64,000 nt of DNA from the human T2T-CHM13v2.0 reference genome, Homo sapiens. This document shows, in pieces, positions 41,128 to 58,499 of the stretch (positions are counted from its first letter, which is position 1; each line of letters begins with the position of its first letter). The stretch lies in assembly GCF_009914755.1 (NCBI RefSeq), contig NC_060925.1. The stretch is one strand, 5' to 3'. The notes under the pieces are model-generated. The model ran no database searches and was not told the origin of the DNA. It was given only the letters and a program-made list of their open reading frames with translations. Made by a program: the position numbers and the translations under genes.

Positions 41128-41312
41128 CTGATCACTGAAAGCATGGATGGCAGAAAAGTAAAGAAAAAAATCTGTGTGTTTATTCCAATGGCTAGAAAGT
41201 AAATTTAAAAGGTTACTCTATTGGGTAGATGATGTCCAAAGTAAACCATTCTCCCTAATGCTTGCAATTACTCACATACAACCTCCATGTTAAAAAGAAA
41301 TAAAAAGCAATA
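41128..41312 (+). repeat. Dispersed direct duplicate of 39299-39484 (likely donor copy)
   Basis: Same alignment; this copy sits in unique-looking sequence. Confidence 0.95.
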
Positions 41313-41467
41313 CTGGTCTTTCCTGTTCTCATTCTCACTTGAAAATTGTGTGTCTGGTTTCTGTTGGTTTCTCATTGGAAGAGAAATTTTAAGAATACCT
41401 CAATTCAATTGATGTGTACTCACATGCTGAAGTCTGGGGTATGCACAAGCTAACAAGAGCTATGCTA

Positions 41468-41740
41468 GGGTGGGGTGTGGTGGTTCACACCTGTAATGTC
41501 AGCACTTTGAGAGGCTGAGGTGGGAGCACTGCTTGAGCCCAGGAGTTTGACACTAGCCTGGGGAACACAGTGAGACCCTGTCTCTACAAAAAAATTAAAA
41601 ATTAGCCAGATGTGGTGGCACATGCCTATGGTTCTAGGTACTCGCTTGAGCTCAGGAGATCAAGGCTGCAGTGAGCCATGATCATGCCACTTCACTCTAG
41701 CCTGAAAGACAATGTGAGACCCTGTCTCGAAAAGAAAGAA
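41468..41740 (+). mobile_element. AluJ with internal deletion
   Basis: TSD aagagctatgcta / aagaactatgcta. Confidence 0.9.
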
Positions 41741-42016
41741 CTATGCTACATTCATTTTCTGCTGCTCCATCAGTCAAAAGAGCACTAAGGCCTGGTTAAC
41801 TGTTAAACATGAGATATTTTTATTTCCCTTCCACATTTTTGGAAACACTATCATAAGATAGATCCACTGCCGACAGTTTCTCCATTCGAATGAAAGCAGC
41901 ATTAGGGCCAGATATTATTTTTGTGTTTGCAACCCCAGGGACTAAAGCAAGGCCCGACACAGAGTAGGTGATGAGTAAATGTTTGTTGAATAAATGAATG
42001 AGTTTTACTCTTTTAG

Positions 42017-42512
42017 TATAGCGAGCAGAATAAAGGCCCCCTCCAGGGGTGTCCACATCCTAGTGCCCAGAGCATCTGAATATCTTTTTTTTTTTTTAAG
42101 TATCTTATCTTACATGGCAAAAGAGACTGCGGATGTGATTAAGAATTTTGAGATGAGAAAATTACCCTGGATTATCTGGGTGGGCCCAAGGTAATCACAA
42201 GTGTTCTTATAAATGAAAGAGAGAGGCAGGAGTGTCAGAATCAGTGAAAGAGATGTGACAATGGAAGCAGAGGTCAGAGTGATATGTGGCCAATGAACCA
42301 AGGAATGTGAGTGTCCCATAGAAGCTGGAAAAGACCAGGAAACCGATTCTCCCCTAGCGCTTCCAGAAGGGCACAGCCCTGAAGGCACTTTCATGCTCAG
42401 TTAGACCCATTCTAGACTTCTGACCTCCAGACCTGTAAGATAATAAATTTGTATTTTTGAAGCCAGGGAAGTTTGTGGTAATTTGTTACAACAGCAACAG
42501 GAAATAAGTACA
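42017..42512 (+). mobile_element. MLT1D-like MaLR LTR
   Basis: gcagaataaaggcccc...gtccacatcct...ttacatggcaaaagagactgcggatgtgattaag...ggtaatttgttacaacagcaacaggaaataagtaca. Confidence 0.85.
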
Positions 42513-42675
42513 AGTAGCGCTAACATTAAGAGGCCATACAATAAATCATTTGTAATGGACAATAACCAAAACGATAGCCAGCATGTATTGAGAACTTAGG
42601 GAGAAGTGCAGTACAAGATGCTTTACAGACATGCCTTATTCTAATTCTCTAAACGAGACCATAAGACAGGTATTG

Positions 42676-42985
42676 GCCAGGTGTGATGGCTTACACCTGT
42701 AATCCCAGGGCTAAGGCAGGCAGATCGCTTGAGCTCAGGAGTTTGAGACCAGCCTGAGCAATAAGGCAAAACTCCATCTCTACTAAAAATACAAAAATTA
42801 GCTGGGTGTGGTGGCCCATGCCTGTAGTTCCAGCTACTTGGGAGGCTGAGGTGGGAGGATGACTTGAGACCAGGAGGTGGTGGTTACAGTGAGCTGACAT
42901 CACACCACTCCACTCCAGCCTGGGTGACAGAGCCCGACCCTGTCTCAAAAAAAAAAAAAAAAAAGAAGAAGAAGAAGAAGAAAAG
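42676..42985 (+). mobile_element. Alu (J/S) inside a MIR
   Basis: Dimeric Alu with A/(GAA)n tail. Confidence 0.9.
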
Positions 42986-43497
42986 ACAAGTTTTATTATT
43001 ATTCTCAAGTTATAGCTAAGGAAACCATGGTTTAGTAAAGCTAAGTGACTCGATCAAGATCACAGCTACCAAGTGGCAAAACAAGGATCTGAACTCAGGC
43101 AATCTGACTCCATGTCATACTATCTCCCATGTTAGTGCTGAGAGGTGTGAAAAATGGTCTTGGTCTATAAGTCAGTCCTGGCCCTCAAGGAACAAATAGA
43201 AAGGAAAAGACCACTCTAACATAAACGTCAGATTATAGAGAGTCTAATACAGATCCTAAATTATCTACCACCTACATTTAATGAGGAAAAGGGGAGAAGA
43301 AAGCTGGAATCCTCAGGACTGGATGGAGCCGGACTTGGAAGTGTGCTTCAGTTATGGACAGGCACAGTGGAGGTCCGTTACAGGCTGGGGAAAGGAATGA
43401 GTGAAGGAATATTTGGCGCAAATAAACATGAAAATGGAGAAAGAAAATACTCCACAAAGCCTGCCAGGGGAAAAAGTCTGATAAAGAAAAACAAGAA

Positions 43498-43919
<422 letters not shown>

Positions 43920-44643
43920 TTAATTATTTTTATTGGAATGGTAACATTTATGGAGCACCTATTCCACCTAAAGGGCATATTCACATTTGTTATTTAATTT
44001 AATACTCACAAATCCCAACTAAATGAGTATTATTAAGCTTCATTTTTACAAAAGAGGAAATTAAACATCCAGAGAGATTAAGTAATTGCTGCCAGGCACA
44101 TACCCAGTCAGTTTGATTCTAAAATTCATGTTCTTTGTTTTTGCCCCCATGATAATTTCAGCCCTTCTCTGAGAAGGAGCATGTTTCCATTAAAGTAAGA
44201 ATAATAGGCAGAGCTGTCTGAAAAAAAAAAATTGGAAAGCGTTGCTTCAGAAGGTGGAAAGTTAAAAGCAGCCAAGCCGAGGCTTAGTTTCAGTCAACCA
44301 GATAGCTGTTCAATGAGCATTTACTGACAATCCCTGTGCTAAGCATCTGGAATAGAGAAATCCAGCAAAAGGGCACCTCAAGGCACCAACTGTTTAGTGA
44401 GGGAGACAAATGAGTAAAAAGACCTCCACACCAGCTTCAAAGTAGTGTTTACCGCTAGGGAGGGAAGGTAGAGAAAGGATTGGGAGGAGTGAAACTTTAC
44501 TTATGTCTATAAGCTTGTATTTCTTCAGAGAAATAAGAGAAATCTGAAATAAATATGGCAAATTACTAACATATATTTAATCTCAGTGCTGAGTAGACAG
44601 GTGTCTGTTACAACATGCCTCTTCATTTTAGCTTTGCTTTTGG

Positions 44644-44969
<326 letters not shown>

Positions 44970-45065
44970 TTATCATAATATCTAACCAGTGCCATGCTAG
45001 CGGGAAGCACAGGATACTAACAAAGGACTGGAGAGGCAGCTAACCCAATTTAAAGAGGAACTGGA

Positions 45066-45432
45066 CACAGCCATAAAAAGGAATGAAATCATGTCCTTTG
45101 CGCAACATGGAAGCAGCTGGAGGCCATTATCCTAAGTGCATTAACACAGGAACAGAAAATCAAATACCACATGTTCTCACTTATGAGTGGGAGCTAAACT
45201 TCAGGTACTCGTGGACATAAAGATGGCAAGAATGGACACTGGGAACTACTAGAGTGGGGAGGGAGAGGAGGGCAAGGGTGGAAAAACTACCTATTGAGTA
45301 CTATGCTCACTTCCTGGATGACAGATCAATTGCACCCAGACCTCAGCATCATGCAATATACTCATGTAACAAACCTGCACATGTACCCCTGAATCAGAAA
45401 TAAAAGTTGAAATTATAAAGTTTAAAAAAAAA
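45066..45432 (+). mobile_element. 5'-truncated L1PA16-like 3' end
   Basis: cagccataaaaaggaatgaaatcatgtcc...gtaacaaacctgcacatgtacccctgaatc...aataaaagttgaa; TSD aaagaggaactgga / aaaaaggaactaga. Confidence 0.85.
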
Positions 45433-46154
45433 GGAACTAGAAAAAGCAAGGAAACAGATTCTCCCCTACAGCCTCCGGAAGGACAGAGCCCTGCTGATAC
45501 TTTTGTTTTAGCCCACTGAGACCAGATTTGGACTTCTAACCTCCGACCACATCTTCAAGAACCTGAAGGAAATCCTTCCAAGGAGGTGAGCAGAGCAGTT
45601 TCAGAACAAGCAGCAGCAGTAAGCAAAATTCTCAGGCTAAAAGAGACCAGGGCACATTCCAGTCATCTCAAGGGGTCAGCAGACCAAGTACTCACTGTGA
45701 GGGGACAGGGCAGGGTGGCTGGGACTCAATCAGGATAAACCTTTTAAGCCAGAAAAAGGAATCTGGATTTTATCTTAAATGACATAGGTAGCTTCTTGAG
45801 GGTTTTAAGCAAGAGACAGAGATGATCGCTTTCTTTTCGGAACCATCAGTCTGGTATGGTAGGAGTAGGAAGGGTGACGGAGAGGAAGGTGGAGCTCTGG
45901 CCAGGTAACCAAGGCAGGAGTTTATCAGAGGATCCTAGATGAGAGATATTCAGGAGCCTGAAATAGCAGGGTTGCAATGAGGATGAAGTAATGATTTCAG
46001 AGTATTTATGAGGTGGAATTAAAGGTTTGGTGATCCACCCAAGGAAGGGAGAAAATGGCATCAAAGATAACTTCTGGGCTTCTTTCTTGGTGGACGTGCT
46101 GCTATTTCCCCTGTCATAATGAATAAGGGGGAAATAAGTTTAAAAATGAGGATG

Positions 46155-48217
46155 AGTTTTCAACCACTGGTGCTGGGACAACTGGATATCCACATAGAAA
46201 AAGTGAATTTACATGCAGACTTTACACCCTCCACGATAATTAACTCAAAATGAATCACAAACCTAAATGTGAGACACAAAGCTATAAAACTCCTAGAAGA
46301 AAACATAGGAGAAAATCTAGATGCTCTTGGGTCTGGTAATGACTTTTTAGATACAACACCAAAGGCACCATTCATGAAAGACATAATTCATAAGCTGGAC
46401 ATCATTAAAATTCAAAATATCTGCTCTGCAAAGGTTACTGCCAAGAGAATGAAAAGACAAACCACAGACTGGGGGAAAATATTTGCAAAAGACATATTTG
46501 ATAAAGAACTGTTACACAAAATATACAAAAAAACCTTTTAAACTCAACAACAAGAAAATAGGGGCCAGGCGCAGTGGCTCATGCCTGTAATCCCAGCACT
46601 TTGGGAGGCCAAGGCAGGGGAATCTCTTGAGGCCAGTTTGAAACCAGCCTGGGCAACATAGTGAGACCCCTTCTCTACAAGAAAATAAAAAATTTAGGCC
46701 AGGCGCGGTGGCTCATGCCTGTAATCCCAGCACTTTGGGAGGCCAAGGCGGGTGGATCCCGAGGTCAAGAGCTCAAGACCAGCCTGGCCAGGATGGTGAA
46801 ACCCCATCTCTACTAAAAATACAAAAATTAGCTGGGCGTGGTGGCAGGTGCCTGTAATCCTAGCTACTCAGGAGGCTGAGGCAGAGAATTGCTTGAACCT
46901 GGGAGGCAGAGGTTGCAGTGAGCCGAGATTGTGCCACTGCACTCTAGCCTGGGCGAAAGAACGAGACTCCGTCTCAAAAAAAAAAAACGAAAGAAAAAGA
47001 AAAGAGAAAAAATTAGCTAGGCACAGTGGCTCATGTCTGTAGTCCTAGCTATTTGGGAGTGTGAGGTGGGAGGATTGCTTGGATTGCTTGAGCCCAGGGG
47101 CTGGAGTTTACAGTGAACTATGATCATGCCACTGCACTCCAGCCTGGACAATAGAGTGAAACCCTACCTCTAAAAAATATAAAAATCAGAAAACGTGAAT
47201 AAAAAATGGGCCAAAGACCATAATAGACATCTTACCAAAGAAGTATACAGATGACATACAGGCATACGAAAAGATGCTCTACATCATATGTAATCAGCGA
47301 AACGCAAATTAAAATGACCATGAGATACCCCTACATGCCTGTGAGAATAGCCAAAATCCAGCACACTGACACCACCAAATTCTGGAGAGGATGTGTAGCA
47401 ACAGGAACTCTCATTCATTGCTCATGGGAATGCAAAATGGTACAGATATTCTGGAAGACAGATTGGCAGTTTCTTACAAAACTAAACTTGTTCTTACCAT
47501 ATGATTCAGCAATCACACTCCTTGGTATTTACTCAAAGGAGTTGAAAATTTATGTCCACACAAAAACCTGCACATAGACGTCTATAGCAGCTTTATTCAT
47601 AATTGCCAAAACTTGGAAGCAACCAAGATGTCCTTCAGTAGGTGAATGGAAAATAAACTGTGGTACATCCAGTCAGTGAAGTATTATTCAGTGATAAAGG
47701 GAACTGAGTTGTCAAGCTGTGAAAAGACATGAAAGAAACTTAAATGCATATTACTAAGTGAAAGGAGCCAGTCTGAAAAGCCTACATACTATATGATTCC
47801 AACTGTATAACATTCTTGAAAAGCCAAACTATGGAGATAGTAAAAAAATCAGTGATTGCCAGGAGTGGGGGTGGGGAGGGATGAATAAGCAGAGCACAGA
47901 GGATGTTAAGGGCAATGAAACTATTTCTATATGACACTGTAATAGTGACTCCATGTCATTATACATTTGTCCAAAACCACAGAATATACACCAAGAGTGA
48001 ACCCTCATGTAAACTATGGACTCTGGGTGATAATGATGTGTCGATGTAGGCTTATCGACTGTAATAAATATACCACTGTAGTAAGGATCTTGATAGTGGT
48101 GGGAGAGGGGTATGCATGTGTGGGGATAGTGGAAAATCTTTGTACTTTCTACTAAATTTTGCTATGAACCTAAAACTGCTCTAAATAATAAAGTCTATTA
48201 TTTAAGGGAAAAAAAAG
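46155..48217 (+). mobile_element. L1MC1-like 3' portion (ORF2 end and 3' UTR) with an AluJ (46563-47185) itself split by an AluS (46697-47010)
   Basis: ORF2 C-terminal remnants (IKLLEENIGENL..., HTKRCSTS...KTCT); ends ctaaaactgctctaaataataaagtctatt. Confidence 0.9.
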
Positions 48218-48461
48218 CAGATGAGAACAATTTTGAAAATGTTACATATAGGTCCCGAGGAAATAGAAACAGACATGTTAATGGGTAGTTTGGTATTATT
48301 ACTTCATTCCCTATTGATAGATGAGGAAACAGGCTCAGAGAGATGAAGTATCTTGTCCAAGGTCACACAGCACACTAAGAGGCAGAGGGTAGAATCTGAA
48401 CCAAGAAAGTTTGACTCCGTTGTCCACATAAGTGGCCATATGTGAAAGGAGGTTTTGAGGC

Positions 48462-48750
48462 CTATATTTGTTTCCCATCATTGCTGCTCCAGACCACCAG
48501 AAATTTAGTGCCTTAAAACAACACAAATTTATTATCTTATAGTTCTGGAGGTACAGAATTTCAAAATGAGTCTCAAGGAGCTCAGGAGAAAGTGTTATAA
48601 GGCTGTGTCCTTCTGGAGGCACCTATGGGAGAATCTGTTTCCTTGCCTTTCTGAGCTTCCTTCTAGAGGCCAGTTGCATTCCTTGGCTCATGGCCTCCTT
48701 CCACCTTCCAAGCAGTAATCACATCACTGTGACCTCTGTGTCTGCTGTTA
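48462..48750 (-). mobile_element. MLT1 LTR fragment
   Basis: ttaaaacaacacaaatttattatcttatagttctggagg...gggagaatctgtttccttgcctttc. Confidence 0.8.
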
Positions 48751-48759
48751 CATTTCTTC

Positions 48760-49912
48760 TTCTGACCAAGGTACATCATAATTAAACTTCTGAAAACCAA
48801 AGAAAAAAAATAAGGCCAGAGAGAAATGATGCACTGCCTGTAGAGGAACACCAATTTAGAGGATGGGTTTTTCATCTGAAACTGTAAAGGCCAGGAAGAA
48901 ATGACACAACACTTTTCAAGTGCTGAAAGAAAAGAACTTTCAGTTATGCATCCTATATCTGGTGACATTATCCTTCAGAAACGGAAGGGGAATAAAGATA
49001 TTCACACATGAAGGAAAACTAAGAAACTTAGTTGCCATTAAACTCACCCTTGAAGAATAGCTAAAGTAAACTCTCAAACAGAAAGAAAGTAACAGGATAA
49101 GGCTGGGAACTTTGGAAATTAAAAGAACAAGAACAGAATGGATAAATATTGGGTAAATATAGCAGACTAACTTCCCTTCATAAGTTTCTTACATCATATT
49201 TGGTAGGTGAAGCAAAATTTTTTTGTTTACTTGAGGCTGAGTCTTACTCACTCTGTCTCCCAGGCTGGAGTGCAGTGTAGCATGATCTCGACTCCCTGCA
49301 GCCTCCGCCTCCTGGATTCAAGTGATTCTCTTGCCTCAGCCCCTGGAGTAGCTGAGATTACAGGTATGAGCCACCGCACCCAGACAAAAATTTTTTTAAA
49401 TAGCCTACAGGTGCTACTAAGTGAGGCAAAATTTGTAACACTATCTGATGTGGTGGTGCTCAATATATGTAGAGGAAATACTTGAGACAATTGTATTTTA
49501 GAAGTGGGAAGCACAAAGGGACCTAAATGGAAGTAAGCTTTCAACACTTAAAGAGGCAAAGTGTTGACACCAGTAGACGGTGATAAGTTATGTATTTATA
49601 TTGCAATGTCTAGAGAGATCACTAAAAAAAATTATGTGGGGCAATATGCTCGAAAGCATCATAGAGGAAAATTAATTTTTTCAAAGTTCAAGTAATGCCC
49701 AGAAGGCAAAAAGGAAAAACAGAAGAATGAAAAACAGAGGGAGGAAACAGTAAAGAAGTAATAACATGGCAAACTTAAGCCTCAATATATCAATAATTAA
49801 TTTAAATGCAAGTGGCCTAAATACACTAATTAAAAGACAGAGATTAGCAGAATAGGGGAAAAATGATCCAACAATATAACCGCCTATAAGAAACTCACTT
49901 TGAACATAACAA
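48760..49912 (+). mobile_element. L1M ORF1/inter-ORF fragment containing an antisense Alu monomer (49220-49385)
   Basis: gtacatcataattaaacttctgaaaacc..., aatgcaagtggcctaaatacactaattaaaagacagagatt. Confidence 0.75.
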
Positions 49913-50309
49913 CTATATTAGTTTCCTATTGCTGTTATAACAAATTACCATAAACTTAGTGGCTTAAAACAACACATATTTATTATCTGACAGCTCTGGC
50001 AACAGTAGACTGGATAAATATTTTTGACACCTTCATACAGTGGAATACTATACTGTAATAATGAGTGAAAGAAGCCAAACACATGAAGTTCAAAAACAGG
50101 CAAAACTAATCTATGGTGATAGACTCACAGAAGAGTGATATCCATGAGGGGTGGATGCTGACTAGGAAGGAACACTATAGAATTTTCTGGAGTGCTAGAC
50201 ATGTTCTTTATCTTGAACTGGATGGTGGTTAAATGGGTGCATACATAGGCAGAAACTTATCAAGCTTTATACTAAGATTTGGGCATTTTATACATGCCTC
50301 AATATAATA

Positions 50310-50654
<345 letters not shown>

Positions 50655-51575
50655 TGATGAAAAACTCCAGTGGGGAAATTATTAAAACATGAGACAGATA
50701 TATGGCCAGTTGAGGGCATAAAAGGGAAGTGATATTGTATAGTGATTAGGAGGACGGGCTTAGGAGTCACAAACCTGGTTTTAAGCATCATTTGCTGGCT
50801 GTGTAATCTTAGTCAAGATATTTGATCTCTCTAACCTTCTTTAATTATGTATATAATATGGATATATAAATGGCTGTACTGACCTTGTAGGAGCATTGGA
50901 AGTACATGAGATAAAAAATACAAAAATCTTAAAAACAATCAGTTATTAAATACCTACCATGTGCCACACACCGTGGAATATATTACTTAACCCTATGACA
51001 AATGCATGAGAAAGATACTAACATGTCCATTTTAAGAATGAAGAAACCAAGGGCCTAAGAGTTTGGTCATAAGAAGTGACAGGTGTGTCTGATCCTAAAG
51101 TCCATGAATTTAAGCATTACCCTTTATGGCATACTTGGATGAATAGGTGGGTGGATATTAAAAAATTGAATCAGAAACTAGCCTGGGTTCCGCAGAGGGG
51201 CACAATATTTAACTAAAGCTTCCGTTAACGTATTAAAGGCTAGCCAATGATATCTATAGCATAAAAGACCTTTATCACTGGAAGGGAAACTAATCGTCCT
51301 GTCTCACGGGGTGATTATAGGGATTAAGTGAGATAATCAGGTCAGGAGAGTACATAGCAAATAATAGGCAATTTAGTAGCTTCCTTTAATTATTTCTAAT
51401 AATCTACTCCCTGATCTTCTCTCAGGAACCACCTCTAGAAACCACCCATTCAAAGAGAGAATTTTAATGTTTATAAAATATTTGAGCAGAGCCCTGACTG
51501 AGGAAGCAAGTCATGTAACAACGTGGGAAAGAGAACTCCAGGCAAAGGAAAGATTAAGTAAAAAATCTTGAGGTA

Positions 51576-52036
<461 letters not shown>

Positions 52037-52225
52037 TCAATATGGCATATTTGAAGCATGACAGAAGCCACTGGAGAATAGGCAGAACAGTAGCATTTTC
52101 TCATTTATTTTTATCTCTTTGGCTGCTGTGTGGAGAATATAGTGTAGGAGGACAAGAGCAGAAGAGGTGCATAGTAGGTCAATAAATAGTTGAGAATTAA
52201 TAAACAATAAATTTGCTTCTTTTGA

Positions 52226-52551
<326 letters not shown>

Positions 52552-53646
52552 TCAAAACACTTATTAAAAACAACTTTTGTTATGTCTTGAACCATTTCAT
52601 TCCAATAGTTTGCCTCAGTGACAAATCACACAGAGAAGTCATGCCATTCTCCTTAATGTTTCTCATATTGCAATAATAGGTGAATTTCATAATCTATTCA
52701 GAATTAGTCGAATCTTGAGGTTTTTCTAAAAATCAAAGATAGGATCTTGAGCCTTCATAATCATACCTTCTTAAACACAAAATTAGCTCACATGATAAAA
52801 AGTTCCAAACACCACACTTGCTAGAGTATTCTGGTAAAACGTTTTTCTTTGGCATATGCAGCCCAAATAGCTCTATCCTTAATCATTTTTCAAGTTTTAA
52901 TCTCCACATGCTTGGCATATTCTGATAACATTGACAGGTTAAAAGCAACACTGTTGTATGCATAGTGATTGCTTGCAATTAACCATAATTTAGGCTGAAA
53001 GTAGGCTGATCAGCTGCCTCACAGCAACATTTTAAAACTTATTAACTATCTCCAGCGAACTTTAGATGAAAAAGCAACAAAAACAAAATCTGTAACATTT
53101 CGGCTTTTTCTTACATAGAGTCTTAAAAGAGTGAAGGTGCCAATAAGACTAATTCTTCATAAAAAAAAGACACTTTTGGCCCATATTACATCCAGTAACT
53201 ACAGATACGGATAAAGATAATAAGAAAAACAGGTAAACAATGTCCAAACGAAGTGTCTTACCCTCCTTTTGTAAAAGAGACTTTTGAGCCCACTGGCATT
53301 TTATTTAAGAAATAACCATGCTATAGCCCAGTTGTGCAGAACCTCTTGCAAGTTCCAGACAGACCTCACCAGTACTTGATGCCATTATCCCATTATTTTA
53401 AAATGTGTTCAATACATAATTAGTATCTGCCACTTAATCTTTCAACATTACCTGACACGTGTCACTACCTCTATTTATATGAAGACAGAGGGATTAAGAA
53501 TGGTTACGTGCTCAGTCACAAATTAAGGGATGAGAAACAGAATGCACTCAGGACTCAGAATAAGTCTATACTTTTATCATCCCATGCTGCTTGGATGCCA
53601 GACCTCTAATATGGCATCCTACCTTTTCCTTTTAAATGTATCTATC

Positions 53647-54063
<417 letters not shown>

Positions 54064-54671
54064 TTATACCAATCCTTTAGGCAAAAGTAGTATCATTTGT
54101 ACATCACTGCTACAAGGCACTAAACATCTCTATAGGATTGAAAGAATCCTTTCCATTCTGCCTTAAAAGGATTTAGCAGTAATAAGGAATGACTGAGCTA
54201 ATGCATCTCACAATTTTGGTCACTCATATAAAAGCAGGTTTGACATATAAAACATCTGATAGAGAGGGTTTAACATATAATTCATATTCATACACACTAC
54301 TAACAAATTGTCATAATAGTGCTCAGTGAAAGAAAAAAAGCTGACAAATAGAATTTAAATGCATTCACATGAGTTTATTAAAAAATCTGTTAAAGAATTA
54401 CGTATTAGGCAACAGAATTAGGCAAACTAGAAGTGTTCTTGTCATGCAAATTCAGGAAACTAAAGTGAAAATAAAGTCTAAAGGCTTAATAATGTGTTGT
54501 GAAGGGACTTTGTTTCTATGCTTCATCAACAACCCTTTAAGAGTATAGCTTATTTGAACAAATACTTTTTAGCATCACCTGCTTTGAAACAGACTTACTA
54601 CCTGGCCAAGTTAATGACTATAGCTATTATGCAAGGATCAAGATTACTTTCCAAAATTTGACTGCAGGTTC

Positions 54672-54799
54672 TTTTTTTTTTTTTTTTGAGACAGAGTCTC
54701 GCTCTGTCACCCAGGCTCGAGTGCAGTGGCACAATCTCGGCTCACTGCAACCTCCGCCTCCAGGGTTCAAGTGATTCTTCTGCTTCAGCCTCCAAGTAG
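54672..54799 (-). mobile_element. Truncated Alu right arm
   Basis: T tail plus right arm only. Confidence 0.88.
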
Positions 54800-55894
54800 G
54801 TATTTCTTATATAGTTGAACTAACCTGACTGTGGAAACATGACTTACAATCTGGGCTTAGATGATACCGAAGTAAACTACAAAGCACTGTCTGCAACCTA
54901 AAGGAACCTCAGGGACACTAGAAAATGAGTATCTACCAACTAGTTTAACTGTGACCAAAAATATCACGGTGAAAAAGTAAGTTCCAAGAGAATATAAGCT
55001 TCTAAAGGGCAGGGATTTTGTTCACTCCTGCATCCCCCCATATAGATCAGGCCTCCCACTCAGTAGACAATCAAACTTGTTCAAACGTCTCTTTGAACAA
55101 ATCAAAGAGATGTTCCTGGTGTACACTGGGGGTCAACCCAAATTCATTTCATATATTAATATTTAATAATCTCCCACCAACTTGAGAAGCTATTGAATGA
55201 TTTACATGTTATGAAGCTAATTATACTATACTGTCCACTTTTGAGGAAAATGTGTGACAAAAAATTATGGTTTTTACTCTTGAGGAGTACCGACACTAGT
55301 AATTTTGAAATTGGTATGCCTGTTACTGAAGAAAAAGTGGGATAGTATTCTGGGGACATAACATTTCATGTATTTCCATCTTCTTAAAACCCCTCTAAAC
55401 ATGGTAAGAAAAATCAGTGCTAACATACAGGTGCTGCTTTTTTCAGACACTGGTACATCACTTAAGGCACCTGTGCCGGCATCTGCCTGGTGGTGCTCAC
55501 AGATGGAAGACATTAATCATCTGTTTGGTGCTCCCACCTTGTCCATCCAGCTTCAAATATAACTGCGGTGAGCTAGATGAGTCAGCATCTGGTCTTCCAA
55601 AAGCTAGTGTAGCACTCCCAAAGCAAAAAAGGAAGAAGTTCACACCTCAGAGGCCTGAATCAATGCCAGAAGTGTACATGTTGCCTCAAAGTTTCACAGA
55701 CTCCCTAATGATCTTTAGCTCCCTGGATACCAAGGCAAAGACAGATCTGAAAGCTGCAGAAAAACAGGTGGGTTGTCATACACAAGACTGAAGCCCCAGG
55801 CAATATAAATGGTATTTGTTCACACCATGGATTAACTGCTTTGAAGGATCAAAATGGGTAAGACAGCTACATTCAACATTTAAGAAGATTTTCT

Positions 55895-55937
55895 CAATAA
55901 CAAAGCACTAAAAATGTGAATAAGTTATACTTTTATT
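55895..55937 (-). terminator. TM2D1: TM2D1 polyadenylation signal and downstream U/GU-rich element
   Basis: AATAAA on the minus strand at 55932-55937, followed after the probable cleavage site by ATTTTTAGTGCTTTGTTATTG. Confidence 0.82.
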
Positions 55938-56219
55938 TTTCAGAAACAAAAATGACAAGTGGCAACTTGCCTTTGTAAAAGATTAAAGAGTATCAGAGTA
56001 ATAAGCTATCTCTCATAGAGACAGAAGCCCGAGAAACACTATTATACAGCTTTCAAAGGAAGTCCTATTAAATAAATCTCACAATAATATACTTTAACTC
56101 AACAAAACAAAAACCACAAAAAATTATACAGAACTCATAAAATGGTATATGAATGAAAAAGAGAAATCTTTAAATCCATACACTAGAAGTTCTCTATTAA
56201 AATCAAGGAGGCTCAAATC
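55916..56219 (-). other. TM2D1: TM2D1 terminal non-coding (3' UTR) exon
   Basis: Acceptor TTTCTTCTTTCTGTTTTAG (AG at 56220-56221); the spliced junction ...AAGAAACA|GATTTGAGCC agrees with my recollection of the mRNA; ends ~16 nt after AATAAA (cleavage site approximate). Confidence 0.88.
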
Positions 56220-58285
<2,066 letters not shown>

Positions 58286-58304
58286 TGTTTCTTTTAAAAA
58301 ATAT

Positions 58305-58415
58305 TTATGGATATAATTGCGTTTTTCTAAATGTTTCATTAGTAATACTCAGTCTTGTAAGTCTGGTTCCATAGTAATCTATAATGTAACTACTTCCATC
58401 TGAAGGTCCAACAAT
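58305..58415 (-). CDS. TM2D1: TM2D1 (TM2 domain-containing 1 / beta-amyloid-binding protein), last coding exon; full exon is 58286-58415
   Basis: Reverse complement reads ATT GTT GGA CCT TCA ... TAT CCA TAA = IVGPSDGSSYIIDYYGTRLTRLSITNETFRKTQLYP*, which I recognise as the TM2D1 C-terminus. Acceptor TTTTGTCTCTTCTAG (AG at 58416-58417), phase 0; donor GTAAGTG begins at 58285. Confidence 0.96.
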   Translation of the reverse strand: MVGPSDGSSYIIDYYGTRLTRLSITNETFRKTQLYP

Positions 58416-58499
58416 CTAGAAGAGACAAAATTTCAAAATTATTCATTTTACAAAAGATATTTCACAGCACTTTGTTTACTTTTCTCAGTTGTTAATAAA

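Noticed and set aside
46269-47577. ORFs resembling L1 ORF2 C-terminus
   Set aside because: Fragments of a decayed L1MC element interrupted by Alus.
55274-55791. Overlapping ORFs just past the TM2D1 poly(A) site
   Set aside because: No recognisable protein similarity; not supportable as exons.
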